Shown: positions 1 to 10,610, counted from the first letter of the stretch. The stretch is 64,000 nucleotides of DNA from Gammaproteobacteria bacterium (GCA_038106145.1 JAYODD010000006.1:30621-94620), one strand, 5' to 3'. Made by a program: numbers and translations. Notes: a model not told the origin generated them from the letters alone.

Positions 1-317
1 GTACGCTCCACGTGCAGGGCGAGATCCTTGTCACCCAGGTAAAACCAGTCCTCACCGCCCAGCGCGGATAACGACGCAATGAAATTACCGGTTTCTTCTG
101 CCCGGCCCCAACCGGTCTGTGGATTGACAATGTCGGCCAAGGTGTAGGTAACCGTGTCCAGGTCGGGGCAGATACGCAACCCCAGATGATCGAAATCGTC
201 AGCGGTATTCACCACCAGCGTGAGTTCGTCTCCGCCCAATAGTTGGCTCAGTCCAAGGGCAAGCTTGGCGCCCCCCACTCCACCACAGAGCGCCAGTATT
301 CGCGCCGAGGGTTTCAT
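1..317 (-). CDS. cofD: 2-phospho-L-lactate transferase CofD (F420 biosynthesis), N-terminal ~105 codons; the gene continues past the left edge
   Basis: My translation of the minus strand from the ATG at 315-317 reads MKPSARILALCGGVGGAKLALGLSQLLGGDELTLVVNTADDFDHLGLRICPDLDTVTYTLADIVNPQTGWG.... The GGVGGAK N-terminus is typical of CofD/FbiA. The gene lies 25 nt downstream of the cofE stop. Confidence 0.8.
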   Translation of the reverse strand, partial: MKPSARILALCGGVGGAKLALGLSQLLGGDELTLVVNTADDFDHLGLRICPDLDTVTYTLADIVNPQTGWGRAEETGNFIASLSALGGEDWFYLGDKDLALHVER

Positions 318-342
318 CGCCCCATCGCCTTTCGACTTATGC

Positions 343-1131
343 TCATCGAAACAAATCTTGCTCTCGGGGCCGCAACAGGGTGGCCCCGTTGTTGTTACCG
401 GTGCGACGTTCCCCGGATAAACTGAGCCCGCGCACTAGTACCACGGGCTGTCCCTCGTCGCCCTCTCCCTGCACGATAGAGGCGGCGCTTGCTATCTGAT
501 CGGCAAGCGCCACTTCCGTCGCTTCGAGGGTACGGCCAAACAGGTCCCGCTCTCCGCGCCGATCCAGCAGCGCGGGTAGTCCGGCAACGCCGAGGGCCAG
601 ACCCACCGTCCCGTTGCGCCAGGCCCGACCCACGCTGTCGTTGACAATAACCGCGACACGCACGCCGGTTTCTGTTGATAATCGGTCGCGCAATTGCTCG
701 GCGCAACCGTCCGGGGATTCGGGCAGCAGCAGCACTTTCTCACCGTGATCGTCCGCGCCCCGCGGCAAATTGGACGCGTCGATACCCGCATTGGCCATGA
801 CATAACCCAGTCGGTGTTCGACAATTAACACGCCTGGGCAATGGCGAACCACCGCGCTGGACTCCCGCAAAATCAGCTCCACGTGGCGGGGATCCTTGTG
901 CACTTCCTCCGCCAACGCCAGCGCCTGCCGGGACGGCTCTATATCGCGTAAATCGACATACCGGTTTTCAGCCTTGGACACCACTTTCTGCGCAACCACC
1001 AGCACATCGTCGTGTCGCAATTCCAGTTCCTGATCGGCCAGGCCCGCGATAATCAACTGCGCCAGATCCGCGCCCGGCTCGACCAGAGGAAATTTTGTCA
1101 GCGCAAGTATCTGTAATTGGGTGACGGCCAT
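343..1131 (-). CDS. cofE: coenzyme F420-0:L-glutamate ligase CofE
   Basis: 262-aa ORF (..VVAQKVVSKAENRYVDL..GYVMANAGIDASN..VIVNDSVGRAWRNGTVGLALGVAG..) with the CofE family layout. It has no fused nitroreductase domain and is adjacent to cofD and fno. Confidence 0.85.
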   Translation of the reverse strand: MAVTQLQILALTKFPLVEPGADLAQLIIAGLADQELELRHDDVLVVAQKVVSKAENRYVDLRDIEPSRQALALAEEVHKDPRHVELILRESSAVVRHCPGVLIVEHRLGYVMANAGIDASNLPRGADDHGEKVLLLPESPDGCAEQLRDRLSTETGVRVAVIVNDSVGRAWRNGTVGLALGVAGLPALLDRRGERDLFGRTLEATEVALADQIASAASIVQGEGDEGQPVVLVRGLSLSGERRTGNNNGATLLRPREQDLFR

Positions 1132-1185
1132 TGGACAGGTAGTCCCGAAAAATCAGCGAAACGACAAAAAGTAGCGGTCGGCAAA

Positions 1186-1863
1186 CTACGCCTGTGGCGT
1201 GCCGGTGATGCGAAACCCCGCACCGTCGATTTTATAGCGCCGGTTCAGAGTTATCAGCACAGAGGTCATGGCCTCGGCCACCACCGCGTTGGCGATGGGC
1301 CCCGCGTGCCAGCCCCGCATACCTGCGGCTTGGGTGAGGGCGATGACCACGGCGCAGGCGTCTTGGTCGTTGCCACACACCAGCACGTCGCATTCAGGAT
1401 CGTGGTGCAGATCATTAAGATGGGCTGCCGCCACATTTTGATAAGCCGATACGACGCGCACATCGTCGCCCAGGTAAGTCTGCGCGCGGACTCCGGCACA
1501 GCCACCCTCGGGCAACTGTACGGTACCCACTTTGGGCGGCACCAGAGGCACGGTAACATCGACAAAAATTTTGCCCTGCACCACGTCACGGATGGACTCC
1601 ATGGTGCTCTGATGATTGGCAAAGGGTACCGTCATCACCACCACATCGGCAGCCATGGCAGCATCCAAATTCACCATGCCACGCACCGCGTGAGCCGGTT
1701 CCCGGGCATTCAATTCGGCGGCCATCTGCTGGGCTTTTTCCTGCGTGCGCGAACCGATGATTATCTCGTATCCGGCCATCACCCAACGCAGGGCCAGGCC
1801 ACCACCCAGATCACCCGTGCCGCCCAATACCGCTATACGTAGTAGTTTCTCACTGCCACTCAT
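1186..1863 (-). CDS. npdG: NADPH-dependent F420 reductase (Fno/NpdG)
   Basis: 225 aa. The N-terminal Rossmann motif IAVLGGTGDLGGGLALRWVMAGYEIIIGSR and the overall length match F420H2:NADP oxidoreductases. Confidence 0.8.
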   Translation of the reverse strand: MSGSEKLLRIAVLGGTGDLGGGLALRWVMAGYEIIIGSRTQEKAQQMAAELNAREPAHAVRGMVNLDAAMAADVVVMTVPFANHQSTMESIRDVVQGKIFVDVTVPLVPPKVGTVQLPEGGCAGVRAQTYLGDDVRVVSAYQNVAAAHLNDLHHDPECDVLVCGNDQDACAVVIALTQAAGMRGWHAGPIANAVVAEAMTSVLITLNRRYKIDGAGFRITGTPQA

Positions 1864-1997
1864 TCAATAATTCCTTAAATAAAATGTTATGCGCAGTAGC
1901 GTCAATTTCCGACTGCGTTACAACCAGAGTTTTTTTCGCTCGCCACCTCCGCGACTTGGCGAGAACGCTTTTGCTGCATATTTTTTTCCCCGATTAA

Positions 1998-3041
1998 TCA
2001 CTGACAGCGCGCCTTCAGCTCGGGCATCACTTCCCGGGCGAACAACTCGAGACTGTTGCGGGTGCGAATAGGATCCATGCCTGGCAACGACATCATCAGT
2101 GTTAAATGAGTGCCCGGTGATTCCTCGTGGCAGGTGATCAGTTCGTCGAGGACACTTTGTGGGTCACCGACTATTGCCGACCGGCCAAAACTCTCGCAAT
2201 ATTGCGTCGCGCGTAATTCGTCCGGCGAGGGCACATTAGCCTCTGCGACGCCATCACCGGTTTGATCACCGGACTCATCTGCCCAGGCCTGATATTCACT
2301 CATCACATGATGCAAAGGTTCAGCGCAGTCATCCCAGGCCCGATCTTTGCTCTCCGCCACATAACACATTAACAAGTGTGTCACGTTGAAATCGCGCGGG
2401 TCCCGACCATGCCGTTTGAGTGCGTCAATATACTTCACTCGATGCTCCACCGCACCCACAGAGGCGAGATGACAACCGAGGCGTGCCGCTCGATCCAACG
2501 CTTTGTCCCCCCGTGCGCCAACCCATACGGGGAAGGGGTTTTGCACCGGCGGCGGAAATAGCTGCACATCCTTAATTTTGTTAAACCGTCCATCAAGGGT
2601 AACCTTTTCACCCGCCAATAACCGCTGCACAACAGGTAAACCCTCGGACAGCCGAGCGCCCCGTTCTGACGATGCAATCCCCAGCCCGGTAAATTCTCCG
2701 GGCCGATAACCAAGCCCGACGCCAAGATCAAACCGGCCATTGGAAATAACATCCACCGTGGCCACATCTTCAGCTACCAGTACCGGGTTGTGCAAGGGCA
2801 GTAGCAGCACAAAACTACCAATGCGAATCCGCGAAGTACGCGCCGCGATGGCTGCGGCAATGGGCATCAAAGAAGGTGAGTAACCATCTTCCACAAAATG
2901 GTGTTCGCTTAGCCAGACATGGTCATAACCCAACTCTTCCGCCGCAACAATGTGATCCAGCTCTTGCCGGTAAATGTCGACCCAGGGCGAGCGATTAAAC
3001 GGCGGATTACGAAACGTAAACAGGACTCCGACATCCAACAT
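1998..3041 (-). CDS. luciferase-like (LLM class) flavin/F420-dependent oxidoreductase
   Basis: The ORF is trimmed to the ATG at 3041 (MLDVGVLFTFRNPP..), which has a GGGAGGA Shine-Dalgarno 7 nt upstream. The LGYDHVWLSEHHF motif is typical of LLM enzymes. Cofactor assignment comes from context only. Confidence 0.75.
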   Translation of the reverse strand: MLDVGVLFTFRNPPFNRSPWVDIYRQELDHIVAAEELGYDHVWLSEHHFVEDGYSPSLMPIAAAIAARTSRIRIGSFVLLLPLHNPVLVAEDVATVDVISNGRFDLGVGLGYRPGEFTGLGIASSERGARLSEGLPVVQRLLAGEKVTLDGRFNKIKDVQLFPPPVQNPFPVWVGARGDKALDRAARLGCHLASVGAVEHRVKYIDALKRHGRDPRDFNVTHLLMCYVAESKDRAWDDCAEPLHHVMSEYQAWADESGDQTGDGVAEANVPSPDELRATQYCESFGRSAIVGDPQSVLDELITCHEESPGTHLTLMMSLPGMDPIRTRNSLELFAREVMPELKARCQ

Positions 3042-3305
3042 TGGCTTGTCCTCCCGAGATTTTTTATGATGGTTGAACAAGATAAACCGCTGCCGGCCCA
3101 AATACAACGTCCTGGCAAATGGATAGCAACACTTGCATTTTTCCGGCAAACACTCTGGTGACGCTGGATATCCCCAACCCCATTATGTAAACGCCACGAG
3201 ATTTGCTATTGTTTCCCCCAGTTCGCGGCTGGCCTGGACTCCATGGTAATAGACTCAAGCAACTTTTATTGAACACCAGCCATTTTTTCTGAGGAGCTAT
3301 CAACT

Positions 3306-4343
3306 ATGAAACTCGGCATGATCACCGGCTACTCCGGCAACACCGTCAAAATTGATCTGGAATTAATCAAACACGCGGAAAAACTGGGGTACGATTCCGT
3401 GTGGACCGCCGAAGCCTACGGTGCGGACGCCATCACCACCGCGACCTGGATTCTCGCCCACACCAGCACCATAAAGGTCGGTACATCCATTATGCAGATG
3501 CCGGCCCGCTCTCCAGCAATGGCAGCCATGACCGCCATGTCCCTTGCCCAATTGTCGGGCAATCGTTTTATTGCCGGACTTGGCGCCTCGGGGCCACAGG
3601 TGGTGGAAGGCTGGCACGGGGTACCCTATGGCCGGCCCGTTACCCGGCTCAAGGAATATATCACTATTATGAAGATGATCTTTGCGCGCCGGGGTCCAGT
3701 TGTCTTTGACGGCAAGGAGTACCAACTTCCCTATACTGGTGCGGGCGCTACCGGACTGGGCAAACCGCTGAAAAGCATACTGCACTGCGAAACACCAATT
3801 CCAATTTATACCGCCAATATTACCCCGGCCGGCGTACGGGCCGCCGCGGAAGTGGCCGACGGATTTTTCCCTGTCTGGATGGATCCAGAACGCTACGATG
3901 TGTTCGACGAACCGCTGCAACAGGGGTTTGCCGCAGCGCAGGACAAATCGTTACAAAATTTTGATATCGCGCCTTTCGTTACCGTGAGCATGGGTGACGA
4001 TATTGAAAAATGCATGCGACCATTAAAGGCGAATTTTGCGCTGTATATCGGCGGCATGGGCGCACGCGCCAAAAATTTCTACAACGACTACGCCAAACGC
4101 CTTGGCTACGATGCAGAAGCAGTAAAAATTCAGGATCTGTATCTGGACGGAAAAAAAGAAGAGGCCGCCGCCGCGGTTCCGGATGCGCTGGTGGATGCCT
4201 GCCACCTGGTAGGCCCCGCAGACCGTATTCGCGACCGCCTGCAACGCTGGGCGGAAGCCGGTAAGCGCGGGCAGGTTTCGAGCATGTTACTTGGGGGAAC
4301 CAATAAACAGGCCTTGGAAGTGATTGCGGATAATTTCCTGTAA
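3306..4343 (+). CDS. LLM class F420-dependent oxidoreductase (Rv3520c-like subfamily)
   Basis: 345 aa. MKLGMITGYSG..LGYDSVWTAEAYGADA..GLGASGPQVVEGWHGVPYGRP closely parallels the mycobacterial Rv3520c-type F420-dependent LLM sequence as I remember it. Confidence 0.8.
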   Translation: MKLGMITGYSGNTVKIDLELIKHAEKLGYDSVWTAEAYGADAITTATWILAHTSTIKVGTSIMQMPARSPAMAAMTAMSLAQLSGNRFIAGLGASGPQVVEGWHGVPYGRPVTRLKEYITIMKMIFARRGPVVFDGKEYQLPYTGAGATGLGKPLKSILHCETPIPIYTANITPAGVRAAAEVADGFFPVWMDPERYDVFDEPLQQGFAAAQDKSLQNFDIAPFVTVSMGDDIEKCMRPLKANFALYIGGMGARAKNFYNDYAKRLGYDAEAVKIQDLYLDGKKEEAAAAVPDALVDACHLVGPADRIRDRLQRWAEAGKRGQVSSMLLGGTNKQALEVIADNFL

Positions 4344-4406
4344 CAACGGCATCATTCCACCTGGCCGCCAGCAGCCAGCGGCGCCGCTTAGATGTATCAC
4401 CGTAAT

Positions 4407-6863
4407 CTATGTGGATGAGGTGGCGTCGCTGTCATTGTGAGTTATGAAAAAACGCTTGAATTCAGCCTCGGGCAGCGGCCGGGAACAATAATACCCCTGA
4501 ATACAATCACATTGCATATCTCCTAGCATTGCCAGCGTACTTGCGTCTTCCACGCCTTCTGCAGTGACCTCCAGACCCAGACTGTGGGCCATATTAATAG
4601 TTGACGCGACAATTATTTGATCCTCCTTGTTAGTGGCAATTTCGGAAATAAACATTCTGTCAATTTTCACCTCGGTTACAGGCAGCCGCCTGAGGTAATT
4701 CATTGACGAATAACCAGAACCGTAATCGTCTATTGATAAAGAAAACCCCATGTTGTGTAAGGCATTGAGAGTATCGAGTGACGATCCTGGTCGCGACATT
4801 TCCTCCGTTTCGGTGACCTCCAGGAATATTTGCGCGGGACTAACACTGTGTGAGTCCACCAGATTCTTTACTTGATCGATAACCCCGCTGTATTGCAGAT
4901 CTTTTACCGACAGATTAACTGCAATGGATAATTTGATACCTTGAGATTGCCAGCGCTCCGATTGTGCCATGGCGGCTTCCAGCGCCCACAGAGTTAAATG
5001 ATTGATATTACCGGTCCGCTCCGCCATCTGGATAAAGTCGCCAGGGAGCAGCAACCCTTTCTTAGGATGATTCCAACGCACTAGCGCCTCGCAGCCCACT
5101 ATTTGTTGAGAGTGAATTTGCAACTTGGGCTGATAATGCAATATAAATTCCCCTTGCCGGAGCCCCAGGCGGAATTCGCGCATCAATGCCAGCAGTGCTG
5201 GCTTGTATGGATCGTACCGGGGATCGTAAATCGCGTAGCGTAAAGGATTATGACGAGCCTCATCGAGAGCGGTTTCAGCTTTGCGCAGCATTGATCGACT
5301 GTTGACACCATGGACTGGATACATCGCCAGCCCCATATATACAGTTATTCCTACATCTGCTGCACCAGTAGTGAATGGAACATCCATACTCTGAAGAACA
5401 CGTTTTACAACTTTATTTATAATAGTTTCATCGGCACCGAGCAAAACCAACACAAATGACTTTCCGGTTAAGCGCGCTTTAAAATCTCCTTTTTTTGTTA
5501 CTGAACGCAAACGTTGGCCAAACTCTGTAATAACTTTGTCACCAACTTCATGCCCGAGCGTATTATTGATATCCGAAAAATGAGCGATATTCATGATCAT
5601 TACAGAAAATTCACAGCGGTTACTGATAAGTTGATCGAGATAGTTTTCCAAGTATTTTCTGTTGGGCAATCCTGTCGCAATATCGTGTAACAATTGATGG
5701 GCAGACTGTTCAGTTCGGACGCGAATATTTTCCATCATACTATTCATTGCATTACCAAGACGGCCAATTTCATCATTGCCCTGTATTTGGACTGGCGCTG
5801 TATAGTCACCTGCGCTGATCCTTTCTACCGCTGAATCAACAGCACGTAGCGGCGTGGTAATAGATCGCGCTATATAAAAACAGCCTAGAATTGTCAGCAC
5901 CAATCCTATCACTGCGAGCACTACCATAAATAAAAAAAGTGGCTGATAAATCGCCAATGCTCGACTCATCGAGAAATAGGTAGCGGCGACTACTGCCCGA
6001 CCGTTGGCCAACTCGTAAAATTTCTGGACTTCGCCTACTGACTCGCCACCATGGATTAGGCGCTCGCCTTCCAAGTCATCCCCATTAACTTTTGTGTCCC
6101 ATTTAGCAAGCAGTTCGCGAAATTTGTCGATATCCGGCTCCTCTGCGGTGCTGGCCGGTAGCGCCCATGATCCATCCGCGAGCCCCGCCGCGAGCGCAAT
6201 CTCCACAGGTAATCGGGATTCGTTCTGAATATTACGTAAATCTTCACTGACGACCAAACGCCCGACGCCTACCCAAAGCCAGACGTTGTGTACCTCCATG
6301 GGGAGAAAAATCATTTGCACTAATTGACCACGATCCATAACAAAGCCACCAGCAGCCCCCCTCACCTTTTCGCCTTTTAGTAAATACAATAAATCGAAAA
6401 TATATTGGGGTTCCATAACCTCCGATTCCACTACACTCCCGCCGCCCTCATTGCTCTCATAAATAATTTTCTGTCGTTCGGATATTACCACCAGCCGATC
6501 TTGCGGTGATAAAATTCGGTTTGACAAAATATACTGATCGAACGATTTTTTTCGATCAGCTATTAAGGCACGCCTGAAGTCGGGATCGCTGATCAACAAA
6601 AAGGCTTTGTCAATCAGCTCACTTTCTTGATTTTTTACCCAATAGTTAATATTTTTTTTTGATTCCACTAATAACTCTTCGCTATTGGCTTTAAAGTAAT
6701 TTTTTGTAGCCGTGTATACCGCCACAAATGTCAACACCTGAATAGCCAAAAATAGTGCGATAAAAAATACCTCGAGCTTGGTTTGAAAGCTCAAGGAACG
6801 AATTTTTGCAATTATTTCTTCAACTGATTTACGCGCGTCCAGCAACTTAGCACCCCCCATCAC
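4407..6863 (-). CDS. membrane sensor protein: periplasmic domain, HAMP, degenerate GGDEF, EAL (probable c-di-GMP phosphodiesterase)
   Basis: 818 aa with two TM segments flanking a periplasmic region of about 250 aa. The HAMP region is (..ISAGDYTAPVQIQGNDEIGRLGNAMN..). The GGDEF position reads LTGKSF. The EAL domain keeps EALVRW, NLS, EVTE, IDDYG, KIDR, AEGVE and QGYY. Confidence 0.85.
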   Translation of the reverse strand: MMGGAKLLDARKSVEEIIAKIRSLSFQTKLEVFFIALFLAIQVLTFVAVYTATKNYFKANSEELLVESKKNINYWVKNQESELIDKAFLLISDPDFRRALIADRKKSFDQYILSNRILSPQDRLVVISERQKIIYESNEGGGSVVESEVMEPQYIFDLLYLLKGEKVRGAAGGFVMDRGQLVQMIFLPMEVHNVWLWVGVGRLVVSEDLRNIQNESRLPVEIALAAGLADGSWALPASTAEEPDIDKFRELLAKWDTKVNGDDLEGERLIHGGESVGEVQKFYELANGRAVVAATYFSMSRALAIYQPLFLFMVVLAVIGLVLTILGCFYIARSITTPLRAVDSAVERISAGDYTAPVQIQGNDEIGRLGNAMNSMMENIRVRTEQSAHQLLHDIATGLPNRKYLENYLDQLISNRCEFSVMIMNIAHFSDINNTLGHEVGDKVITEFGQRLRSVTKKGDFKARLTGKSFVLVLLGADETIINKVVKRVLQSMDVPFTTGAADVGITVYMGLAMYPVHGVNSRSMLRKAETALDEARHNPLRYAIYDPRYDPYKPALLALMREFRLGLRQGEFILHYQPKLQIHSQQIVGCEALVRWNHPKKGLLLPGDFIQMAERTGNINHLTLWALEAAMAQSERWQSQGIKLSIAVNLSVKDLQYSGVIDQVKNLVDSHSVSPAQIFLEVTETEEMSRPGSSLDTLNALHNMGFSLSIDDYGSGYSSMNYLRRLPVTEVKIDRMFISEIATNKEDQIIVASTINMAHSLGLEVTAEGVEDASTLAMLGDMQCDCIQGYYCSRPLPEAEFKRFFITHNDSDATSST

Positions 6864-7061
6864 TGCCTTAATCGCAAATCATTTTTTTCACCCTGAGGAT
6901 AGAATCAGTTCAACTCTACTGATTGTAGCGCACATTTTGCTTATATTGTTTACACCGGTCGGTCCACATAGCCGTTAATCAATTATCACTGTTTAAATAT
7001 TTTTGGCGGAAGTGCTTTGATATCGTTTCGTGTAGCACGTGTAGCCAACACGAAGACGACG

Positions 7062-7748
7062 CTAGCACTCCCAGTTAACCGGAACCTTGCCATGCGCCAC
7101 CAAATACTGATTCGCCCTGGAAAAAGGTTTACTCCCGAAAAAACCGCGGTAAGCAGCAAGCGGTGAAGGATGCGGCGCTTTCAAAACCAGGTGTCGCGCA
7201 GGATCAATGGAGCCTCCCTTGCGTTGCGCATAGCTGCCCCACAACATAAACACCAGGTTTTCGCGCCGATCGTTGAGCGCGCGGATGGCACAATCAGTAA
7301 ACTGTTCCCAGCCGCGATCCTGGTGCGAGCCGGCCTTGGATCGCTCAACAGTTAACGTGGCGTTCAGCAGCAAGACTCCCTGTTCGGCCCAATGGGTTAA
7401 ACAACCGTGCTGGGGAACGGTAATTCCCAAATCTTCTTGCAATTCCTTATAAATATTCTGGAGCGATGGCGGTATTGCTACACCCTGCGGAACAGAAAAA
7501 CACAGCCCGTGCGCCTGTCCCGGTCCGTGATAGGGGTCTTGGCCAATGATTACAACTTTTACCGCGTCAAACGGTGTGGTATCAAAAGCGGCGAACCAGC
7601 GGGAAGCCACAGGATAAATAATCTTTTTTTGCGCCTTTTCCGCGGCTAAGAACGCGCGCAACTGTGCCATATAGGGCTTGTCAAATTCTTCGCCCAGCAC
7701 CTGCAACCAGGACGGATGTAACGTTATGGAACGCTTAATAGCCATCAT
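7062..7748 (-). CDS. ung: uracil-DNA glycosylase
   Basis: 228 aa with the motifs [22 protein letters not shown] and HPSPLAA. Confidence 0.95.
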   Translation of the reverse strand: MMAIKRSITLHPSWLQVLGEEFDKPYMAQLRAFLAAEKAQKKIIYPVASRWFAAFDTTPFDAVKVVIIGQDPYHGPGQAHGLCFSVPQGVAIPPSLQNIYKELQEDLGITVPQHGCLTHWAEQGVLLLNATLTVERSKAGSHQDRGWEQFTDCAIRALNDRRENLVFMLWGSYAQRKGGSIDPARHLVLKAPHPSPLAAYRGFFGSKPFSRANQYLVAHGKVPVNWEC

Positions 7749-7772
7749 AAGTTACGTCATGGAGGGCGTTAA

Positions 7773-9266
7773 CTAAATGGTAGTTTCAACGCGCATATGG
7801 GGAAACAACAGTACGTCACGGATGGATGGCGAGTCAGTTAACAGCATGACCAGGCGATCGATACCAATTCCCTCGCCAGCCGTCGGCGGCATTCCGTATT
7901 CAAGCGCACGAATATAATCGGCATCGTAATGCATGGCTTCATTATCCCCCGCGTCTTTGTCCCTGGCTTGCGCCATAAAACGCTCGGCCTGATCCTCCGC
8001 ATCGTTCAGCTCGGAAAATCCATTGGCTATTTCCCGTCCGCCCACAAAAAGTTCGAAGCGATCCGTCACTTCGGGGTGATCGTCGTTGCGCCGCGCTAAC
8101 GGCGAAACTTCCGTGGGATATGCGGTAATAAATGTTGGACTCTCCAGGCGATGCTCTACGGTTTTTTCAAAAATTTCGATCTGCACCTTGCCCAGTCCCC
8201 ACGATGGCTGCAATGGAATACCCAGTTTTTCCGCCACCCCGCGGGCGCGCTCGAGTTGATCGAGATCCGCGGCCTTTAGTTGCGGATTAAATTTGAGTAT
8301 CGCATCAAATACCGACAATCGCGCAAATGGTTGTGAAAAATCGTACTCCTTGCCCTGATAGGTAACCGCAGTACTACCAAGCACCTCGCTACAGAGTGCG
8401 CGCAACATGGTTTCTGTCAGTTGCATTAAATCTCGATAATCGGCATATGCCTGATAAAACTCCAGCATGGTGAATTCGGGATTGTGGCGCGGCGACAGGC
8501 CCTCGTTGCGAAAACTACGGTTGATTTCAAACACCCGCTCAAAACCACCTACCACCAGACGCTTGAGATACAGTTCGGGGGCCACCCGCAAATACATCTG
8601 CTGGTCAAGGCTATGATGATGGGTGACGAAGGGGCGCGCAGTTGCACCACCGGGAATAACCTGCATCATCGGGGTTTCCACTTCCATAAAATCATGTTGC
8701 ACGAGGAAGTGGCGAATAAAATCGATAATTTTTGAACGTTGTTGAAACACTTTGCGAGAGTTTTCGTTGACGATCAAATCCACATAGCGTTGTCGATAGC
8801 GGGTCTCCTGATCGGCGAGACCATGATATTTTTCCGGCAGGGGACGCAGAGATTTGGTTAACAACTGGTACCGCTCAAGATTGACGTAAAGGTCCCCTTT
8901 ACCCGACTTGTGCAACACGCCCTCCACGCCCACCAGATCGCCCACGTCCCACTGCCCCCAGGTGTCCTTGATGGTTTTTTGGGCGGTTTTATCCGCGTAT
9001 AACTGCACGCGCCCCGATACGTCCTGCAGCACCATAAACGGCCCACGCCGGGCCATAATGCGGCCGGCTACACTGACCCGATGCGCCAGGTTCTCCAGCT
9101 CTTGCTTACTTTTTTCGCCATAGCTTGCCTGCAGTCTGGACGCGAAATCCGAACGGCGAAACTGGTTGGGAAAGGCATTACCCTGTGCTCTGATCGCCGC
9201 CAGTTTACCGCGGCGCTCGGCAATTAGCTGATTTTCATCCTGCGGCTTTTGGTCCTGATTGCTCAT
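7773..9266 (-). CDS. lysS: lysine--tRNA ligase (class II)
   Basis: 497 aa with class II aaRS motifs (..[20 protein letters not shown].., ..[12 protein letters not shown]..). It lies downstream of prfB, as in many gammaproteobacteria. Confidence 0.95.
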   Translation of the reverse strand: MSNQDQKPQDENQLIAERRGKLAAIRAQGNAFPNQFRRSDFASRLQASYGEKSKQELENLAHRVSVAGRIMARRGPFMVLQDVSGRVQLYADKTAQKTIKDTWGQWDVGDLVGVEGVLHKSGKGDLYVNLERYQLLTKSLRPLPEKYHGLADQETRYRQRYVDLIVNENSRKVFQQRSKIIDFIRHFLVQHDFMEVETPMMQVIPGGATARPFVTHHHSLDQQMYLRVAPELYLKRLVVGGFERVFEINRSFRNEGLSPRHNPEFTMLEFYQAYADYRDLMQLTETMLRALCSEVLGSTAVTYQGKEYDFSQPFARLSVFDAILKFNPQLKAADLDQLERARGVAEKLGIPLQPSWGLGKVQIEIFEKTVEHRLESPTFITAYPTEVSPLARRNDDHPEVTDRFELFVGGREIANGFSELNDAEDQAERFMAQARDKDAGDNEAMHYDADYIRALEYGMPPTAGEGIGIDRLVMLLTDSPSIRDVLLFPHMRVETTI

Positions 9267-9332
9267 TGTCTGTTTTCCAATACCTCATTGTGCAGAGGTG
9301 AATTGTACACGTGGCAGTGGCACCACCACGTT

Positions 9333-10431
9333 CTACAGCCCGGCTTTCAGGCTGGCTTCGATAAAGGGGTCTAGCTTACCATCCAGCACCGCCTGGGTGT
9401 TGCGGGTCTCCACCCCAGTGCGCAAATCCTTGATACGCGCATCGTCGAGCACATAGGACCGAATCTGGCTGCCCCAGCCGATATCGGATTTACTGTCTTC
9501 CACGGACTGTTGCTTTTCCTGACGTTTGAGCATCTCCAGTTCGTACAGCTTGGCTTTTAACATTTTCATACATTTATCGCGGTTCTGGTGCTGGGAACGC
9601 TCACTCTGACACTGCACCACCACGCCAGACGGGACATGGGTAATGCGCACGGCGGAATCAGTTTTATTGACGTGTTGACCACCGGCGCCGCTGGCGCGAT
9701 AGGTGTCGGTGCGCAGATCCGCGGGGTTAATATCAATTTCGATATTGTCGTCGACTTCGGGCGCGACAAAGACCGCGGCAAATGAGGTATGTCGTCGATT
9801 ACCGGAATCAAAAGGCGATTTGCGCACCAGACGATGGACACCCGTCTCCGTGCGCAACCAGCCAAACGCGTACTCCCCCTGAAAGTGTACCGTCGCGCTC
9901 TTTATTCCCGCCACCTCACCGGGAGACACTTCCACCAGATCAGTGGTAAACCCGCTTTCGTCGCCCCAGCGCAGATACATGCGCAACAGCATTTCCGCCC
10001 AGTCCTGGGCTTCAGTGCCGCCCGAGCCCGCCTGAATATCCAGATAGGCGTTGTTGGGGTCCATCTCCCCGGAAAACATGCGACGAAATTCCAGCTGTTC
10101 CAGGCGCGCGGTCAATCCTGAAATGTCTTTTTGCACATCTGCAAGTGCATCCGCGTCCTGATCTTCGGCAATCATTCCCAGCAATTCGCGGGCATCAGTC
10201 ACCCCCGTATGGAGGGCTTCCAGGGTTACGACTACTGCTTCCAGGGCTGAACGCTCGCGTCCCAGTTGTTGGGCGCGCTCTGGATTTTCCCAGACATCAG
10301 GTGCCGCGAGTTCGAGTTCTACCTCGCTGAGCCGTTCTTTTTTGGCATCGTAGTCAAAGATACCCCCTGAGCACGTCGCTGCGCGCCTGTAGATCATCAA
10401 GGGTATTTTTAATCGGGTTAATTTCCAGCAT
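9333..10431 (-). CDS. prfB: peptide chain release factor 2, expressed through a programmed +1 frameshift
   Basis: Frame 0 from the ATG at 10431 reads [25 protein letters not shown] and then meets TGA. The +1 frame continues DYDAKKERL... and contains SPF and GGQ ([10 protein letters not shown]). The total length of 1099 nt equals 3n+1. Confidence 0.95.
10353..10368 (-). promoter_or_regulatory. prfB +1 frameshift site: CTT TGA C preceded by an SD-like AGGGGG
   Basis: The minus strand reads AGG GGG TAT CTT TGA C TAC GAT. This is the canonical RF2 autoregulatory shift site. Confidence 0.9.
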
Positions 10432-10610
10432 ACGAGGACGGTACAGGTTGGGCTAAGTCGCGAATTTTAGCCCATTACTGTTGCTCAGACCATGTGCAGC
10501 AACAACAAATTGACAGCAGCCAGGCCATTTGGATTGCCACCAATACCTTACCGTGCAACGCTGCAAATCCAAATGACCCGCTCCTGTTCCACGGCGGAGT
10601 AGCGCGCCGA

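Noticed and set aside
1117-1842. 241-aa plus-strand ORF
   Set aside because: It is antisense to the fno/npdG gene. The translation is His/Gly/Arg-rich shadow-frame sequence.
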